Below are positions 59,825 through 64,000 of a DNA stretch of 64,000 bases, piece by piece (within the stretch, counting starts at the first letter, position 1; each line of letters opens with the position of its first letter). The DNA lies in contig CAVXGK010000001.1 of the NCBI GenBank assembly GCA_963761305.1, positions 1,248,001 through 1,312,000 of the forward strand. Reading direction: 5' to 3'. This DNA comes from an uncultured Gemmatimonadaceae bacterium. Its GTDB lineage: Bacteria; Gemmatimonadota; Gemmatimonadetes; Gemmatimonadales; Gemmatimonadaceae. A program made the position numbers and the translations under genes. A model generated the notes under the pieces. The model was not told where the DNA came from. It did not search any database and was given only the letters and a program-made list of their open reading frames with translations.

Positions 59825-60961
59825 GTGAAGAAGCTGTTCTACCTCGGATTGCTCGCCCTCGTGCTCTTCGAGCTGGCCAACGTGTACTTCATCATGCCGA
59901 TGCCGTTCAGCCAGCGCGTGCGGAGCATCGACGTCGCGTACTTCCTCCACCAGTGGCGCTGGTGGTTTCGCGGCGCGCTCGGGCTCGTGATCGCGGTGGG
60001 AGCCGTCGCCGTGGTTCGAGCGCCGGGGTGGAAGCGTTTGCTGGCGGTGCCGGCGCTCGGCGCGGCAGCCTACGTGGCCTACGCGGCCAACTACGTGCTC
60101 GTCGCCGACCGGATCTTCCTCCCGATCACGCGGCTCGAAATGGCTCCCGTCGCGCAGAACGTGGTCGAGCCGGGACGACTCATCGTCGGCGTCGACCTCG
60201 GCGGCGAGGCACGGGCCTATCCGATTCGATTCATCGGCTATCACCACCAGGTTCGCGACACCGTCGACGGCATCCCGATCCTCGTGAGCTTCTGCACCGT
60301 GTGCCGCACCGGTCGCGTGTTCAGCCCGACCGTCGACGGAAGGAGTGAGACGTTCCGCCTTGTCGGCATGGATCACTTCAACGCGATGTTCGAAGATTCG
60401 ACCACCGGCAGCTGGTGGCGCCAGGCGACCGGCGAAGCCGTGGTGGGCCCGCGGAAGGGACTCGCGCTGCGACAGATTCCCAGCATGCAGATGCCGCTGT
60501 CGCGGTGGCTCGCGCTGCATCCACGCTCGCTCATCATGCAGCCCGACTCGACGTTCATCGAGCGGTACGCCAAGAGCTTCGACTACGAGACGGGCTTGAG
60601 CCGCTCGCCGCTCACCGGCACCGACACCGTGTCGTGGCACGACAAGGCGTGGGTCGTCGGCATCACCGTCAAAGGCGAGAGCAAAGCGTACGACTGGAAC
60701 CGTCTGCGCCGAGAGAACGTGGTGAACGACGTCCTCGGCGGACGGCCGATCGTGCTCGCGCTGGCGCAGGATCGGGCGAGCTTCTTCGCGTTCGAGCGAC
60801 CCGACAGCCTGCGATACGCGTTGCGCGGCGATTCGCTCGTGGCGAAGGGCCGCGTCTACTCGCTCGCCGGCACCGGATCAATCGGCTTGAAGCCGATCTT
60901 CGCGTCGCAGGAATTCTGGCACAGCTGGCGGACTTTTCATCCGGACACGAAGACCTATTGA
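59825..60961 (+). CDS. DUF3179 domain membrane protein
   Basis: GEARAYP, HHQVRD, SFCTVCRTG, DSTTGSWWRQATGEAVVGP, FWHSWRTFHPDT. Confidence 0.85.
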   Translation: MKKLFYLGLLALVLFELANVYFIMPMPFSQRVRSIDVAYFLHQWRWWFRGALGLVIAVGAVAVVRAPGWKRLLAVPALGAAAYVAYAANYVLVADRIFLPITRLEMAPVAQNVVEPGRLIVGVDLGGEARAYPIRFIGYHHQVRDTVDGIPILVSFCTVCRTGRVFSPTVDGRSETFRLVGMDHFNAMFEDSTTGSWWRQATGEAVVGPRKGLALRQIPSMQMPLSRWLALHPRSLIMQPDSTFIERYAKSFDYETGLSRSPLTGTDTVSWHDKAWVVGITVKGESKAYDWNRLRRENVVNDVLGGRPIVLALAQDRASFFAFERPDSLRYALRGDSLVAKGRVYSLAGTGSIGLKPIFASQEFWHSWRTFHPDTKTY

Positions 60962-61392
60962 CTCCGGCGGGGCGCGGGCCGTTCGAGCACGAGGTCCTTG
61001 TATTCCGGATGCCGCGCGATGTACTCGGTGACGAACGGGCACTTGACGACGACCCGCACGCCGCGCGCGCGCGCGAGGTCGAGCCCGGTTCGCGCCAGTC
61101 GGGACGCCAAGCCGCGGCCGGCGAGTGCCGGTGGCACTTCCGTGTGGATGAGCACGAAGGTGCCGTCGTGCAGCACCTGATATCGTAGATAGGCGAGCCC
61201 TTCGAGTGCCGACGCCTCGAAGCGCGACTCCTTCTCGTTGTTCGTGATCTCGATTGTATCAGTCGAGGTCGGGGGGGCCACGGCGCCGTGCGCGCCGATA
61301 ACCGCCGTCCAGCTCGGCGCGTCGCTTGCTGGGAAAGACTCTTCGGATGTCTCGTCCACGTCGTCGGGGCGGACTGGGCCGGGTTTGCTCAT
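60955..61392 (-). CDS. YjdJ-like GNAT acetyltransferase with N-terminal SFPASD motif
   Basis: HTEVPPALAGRGLA, CPFV..YI.RHPEY; N-terminal VDETSEESFPASDAPSW. Confidence 0.85.
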   Translation of the reverse strand: MSKPGPVRPDDVDETSEESFPASDAPSWTAVIGAHGAVAPPTSTDTIEITNNEKESRFEASALEGLAYLRYQVLHDGTFVLIHTEVPPALAGRGLASRLARTGLDLARARGVRVVVKCPFVTEYIARHPEYKDLVLERPAPRRSQ

Positions 61393-61418
61393 AGGCGAAT
61401 CACTTCGAAGGGGGCGTG

Positions 61419-61610
61419 ATGCATATCATCGATGTCTCGACCACGTGTCCATTCTGCGGCGGGACGGCGTCTCTGATGCGCGCCGAGTCGCACGCGACAA
61501 ACGCCGCCCTCACTAAGCAATTTCGCGGCACAACGGTTCGATGCATACACGTAGGCTGCGAAAAACCCTTCGCGGTGCGGCGCGGCGACCTCAAGATCCG
61601 GCGCGAATAG
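61419..61610 (+). CDS. Small putative zinc-ribbon protein
   Basis: CPFC ... CIHVGC..PF; purine-rich RBS; fills the gap. Confidence 0.6.
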   Translation: MHIIDVSTTCPFCGGTASLMRAESHATNAALTKQFRGTTVRCIHVGCEKPFAVRRGDLKIRRE

Positions 61611-61636
61611 CGGCACGACGCGCGCCGAAACGAACA

Positions 61637-61664
61637 GCGGCGCCGGTCCGAGGACCGGCGCCGC
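61637..61664. terminator. GC-rich hairpin between convergent genes
   Basis: GCGGCGCCGGTCC-GA-GGACCGGCGCCGC; U-rich tail on the minus strand. Confidence 0.7.
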
Positions 61665-61685
61665 CTCGGTTACCTCACCTCGTGA

Positions 61686-63898
61686 TCAGTTGGCTTTCGC
61701 GAGGTCGCTGATCGAGGCTGCGAGCCACTGCACGCGCTGCGGATCCGTCGAGCCACTCGCGTAGCTCCGCACTTGTGCCGACAACGTCATCAGTGCGTCG
61801 CGCCGCCCGGCGCCGCCGGCTGACTCCGCCCGCGACAGCGCGGAACGGACCGCGGCCACCTTGTCGGCGCTCAGCCCCTTCCATCGCTCGAGCTGGTCGG
61901 TGTACGACCGCGACAGCGCGAACGACGCGGGCCAGACGAGCTTCGGCTGATCCTGCACGTTCAGGAAGTCGAAATGAATCGTCTTCGCGGCGTCGATCTC
62001 GTTCTGCGAGATCGCGGCGCTCGGCGTCAGGTCGAACACGTCGAGGCCTCGCTCCATCTCCGATCCGTAGATGTGGCCGTTGTACCAGTACACCGACCAG
62101 AACCCGCCGCCGACCAGGCGCGTCGAATCGTTCGGGCCGCGGTCGAAGAAGCCGATCTCGTGCGGGTGCTTGGGATCGGTCCACTCGAAGATCGAGAGGC
62201 CGCCCTGATACCACGCCTGCACCATGATCGTGCGCCCCGGAATCGGAATCAGCGAGCCATTGTGCGCGACGCAATTCTCGAGCGCCGTCTGCGGCGCCGG
62301 GAGCTTGTAGTAGTTCTGGAAGACCATCTTCCCGTCGATGATGCGGAAGATCGCGTCGGCGCCCCAGTTCTTCGGATCGCCGGCGCGGCAGTACGCAGCG
62401 CCACCACCGCCCCACTCGTCGCTGAACAGCACCATCGACCCGTCGTTGCTGAACGTGGCCGAGTGCCAGAACGAGAAGTTGGAGTCGGCAACGGCGGCGA
62501 CACGCGTCGGATGCGGCGTGTCGCTTGATGTCGAGCAGAAGTCCCATGCCGGCGCACGCGCCACCCGCGACCCCGACGGCCGGATACACCGTGATGTCGT
62601 GGCACTGCGTGAGCGTGCGCGGCGCGAACGGCGACGCGACACCGTACTTCTTGGCCAGCGCGTCGACCTGCGAGCGATACGACGCCGAATCAGATTTGCT
62701 CGACGACATCGTGAGGGCGCCGAGCGACGTCACCGCGCTCTCGAAGTTGACGCGCGCGCTGATCTTCCTTCGTCACCGGAGGACCGGCGTTGCCACGCCC
62801 GCGTCCACCGCCACGACCGAACGCATTCGCCGCAACGCCGCATCCGGGACCGGCGTTGCCACGACCGCGACCACCGCGGCCACCGGCCGCGTTGACGCCG
62901 AATACCCTTGCCAACGAATCGACCGACGACTGGCAGCGCGCCGTATCGGCCGCGCTCGCGCTCGCCGACAACGCCGGCAGTTTTTCACGCGCCGCGTTGA
63001 ACTGCGCCGTCTTGCGATTGGTCGCCGTGTCCATCGGCGACGCGCCGTGCGCCGCCTGATAGGGGAGGCCGTTCGCGGCGCCAGTCGTCGGATCGGCGAA
63101 GATCGCCGGCGAGCTCACGACCGCCGCCTGCTCCGGATGCGCGAGCGGAATCTTGATGACTTCGATGCGGAAGTTCGAGTTGTTCGGGTCCCAGGGGTTG
63201 TCGTTGCAGCGCGTCAAGCTCCTCGGACGGGCGAATGCCCGACGTGCCCGAGATGTAGACGTAGATGTTCTCCTTGTCCTTCGGGTCGTCCACCACCGTG
63301 TGCGTGTGCGACCCGCGGCACGTCTGCACGTTGGCGATGTACTTCGGATGGTCGATGTCGGTGATGTCGAAGATGCGCAGGCCGCGGATGCGGTCGCTTG
63401 CTCACGACTTCACGCGGCGCGTTCGCGCCGCAATCGAGCCGCGCCGTCGGCGCTTCGGCCGAGACGAAGAGCAGATTCTTCCAAACCGAGACGTCGCTCT
63501 GCGATGCTGGGCAAAGCTGCGCGTCACGAAGGCGCGGGCGCCGACGGATTCGAGACGTCCCAAATCTGGAAGCCGTTGTAGTTGCCCTGGATCACATTCG
63601 TGCCGTAGAACGCGAGATCGGAGTTGGTGACTCCGGCAAAACCTTGCGGCGCGGGCGTGTGCGAGACCTTCTTGACGTTCCAGATCGCCTCGCCGGCGTC
63701 CTGCAGTCCGGCCTTCAATCCGACGCGAGGATCTGGCGATGGCGCGGCGATGAGCGGCGCCGACATGTCGGGCCCGCCCTGCTGCATCGGCGACGCCGAC
63801 GTCGAGCTGGATTGCGACCCGCCCATGCAGCTCGCGACGACGATCGACGCGAGCAGCGAGCAGAGGGCGACTGAGTGAGTCTTGCGAACTGCGACCAT
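61686..63898 (-). CDS. LVIVD-repeat lipoprotein, several frameshifts
   Basis: Lipobox VASC; NSDLAF, QGNYNGFQIWD, VQTCRGSHTHT, CHDITVYP, FWHSATFSNDG, DEWGGG, NCVAHNG, QAWYQGG across successive frames. Confidence 0.85.
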
Positions 63899-63942
63899 AG
63901 GGGAGTCCAGTGAGTGGTGTGTGGAACCGGGAAAACGAACGA

Positions 63943-64000
63943 CTATTCGTGACGCAAGTCGGGGGCGGCCATCGCGGCCAACATCTGCTGCATCCGGTCG
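63943..64000 (-). CDS. C-terminus of an upstream gene, probably DUF305 family
   Basis: Reads DRMQQMLAAMAAPDLRHE-stop; DUF305 genes commonly precede this LVIVD family. Confidence 0.5.
   Translation of the reverse strand, partial: DRMQQMLAAMAAPDLRHE

Noticed and set aside
59825..60961. Selenoprotein form of DUF3179
   Set aside because: The motif is CxxC (CTVC) with no in-frame TGA.
7860..63898. Many frameshifted genes as pseudogenes or programmed frameshifts
   Set aside because: About nine unrelated genes have small indels, with intact motifs, no in-frame stops noticed and no shared slippery site. Long-read consensus error is the simplest explanation; read polishing would decide.

Overview
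High-GC bacterial chromosomal segment, densely coding (about 50 genes), with no rRNA, tRNA, CRISPR array, transposase or integrase recognised. The gene mix suggests Gemmatimonadota or an Acidobacteriota-like soil bacterium (inference only). It includes three ADOP-type duplicated ABC permeases (two with PadR), two Hanks-type Ser/Thr kinases (one beside an ECF sigma factor), a GWxTD-like protein and many secreted hydrolases. Accessory and metabolic genes include GH78, GH43, a PQQ beta-propeller enzyme, CocE/NonD, an acyl-CoA synthetase, MFS/OPT/CPA1 transporters, split LigD ligase and polymerase, a bactofilin + M23 pair, and a LytS/LytTR pair. About nine genes carry small frameshifts, most simply read as long-read indel errors. 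The most unusual signal is intergenic: three unrelated structured repeat families. (1) A ~600-bp unit in which an orphan XRE/HigA-like HTH gene lies between two inverted ~100-nt hairpins, present as one full copy, one truncated copy and one remnant at 29.1-33.2 kb. (2) A REP-like GTGCGGAGACCTGGAACG family at four intergenic sites, 12.4-17.2 kb. (3) A ~300-bp nested-palindrome element with ACGCAGAGA-repeat ends at 19.1 and 59.4 kb. There is also a 16 x 21-bp tandem array that may encode an Arg-rich heptad protein. All family assignments come from motif recognition, not database searches.
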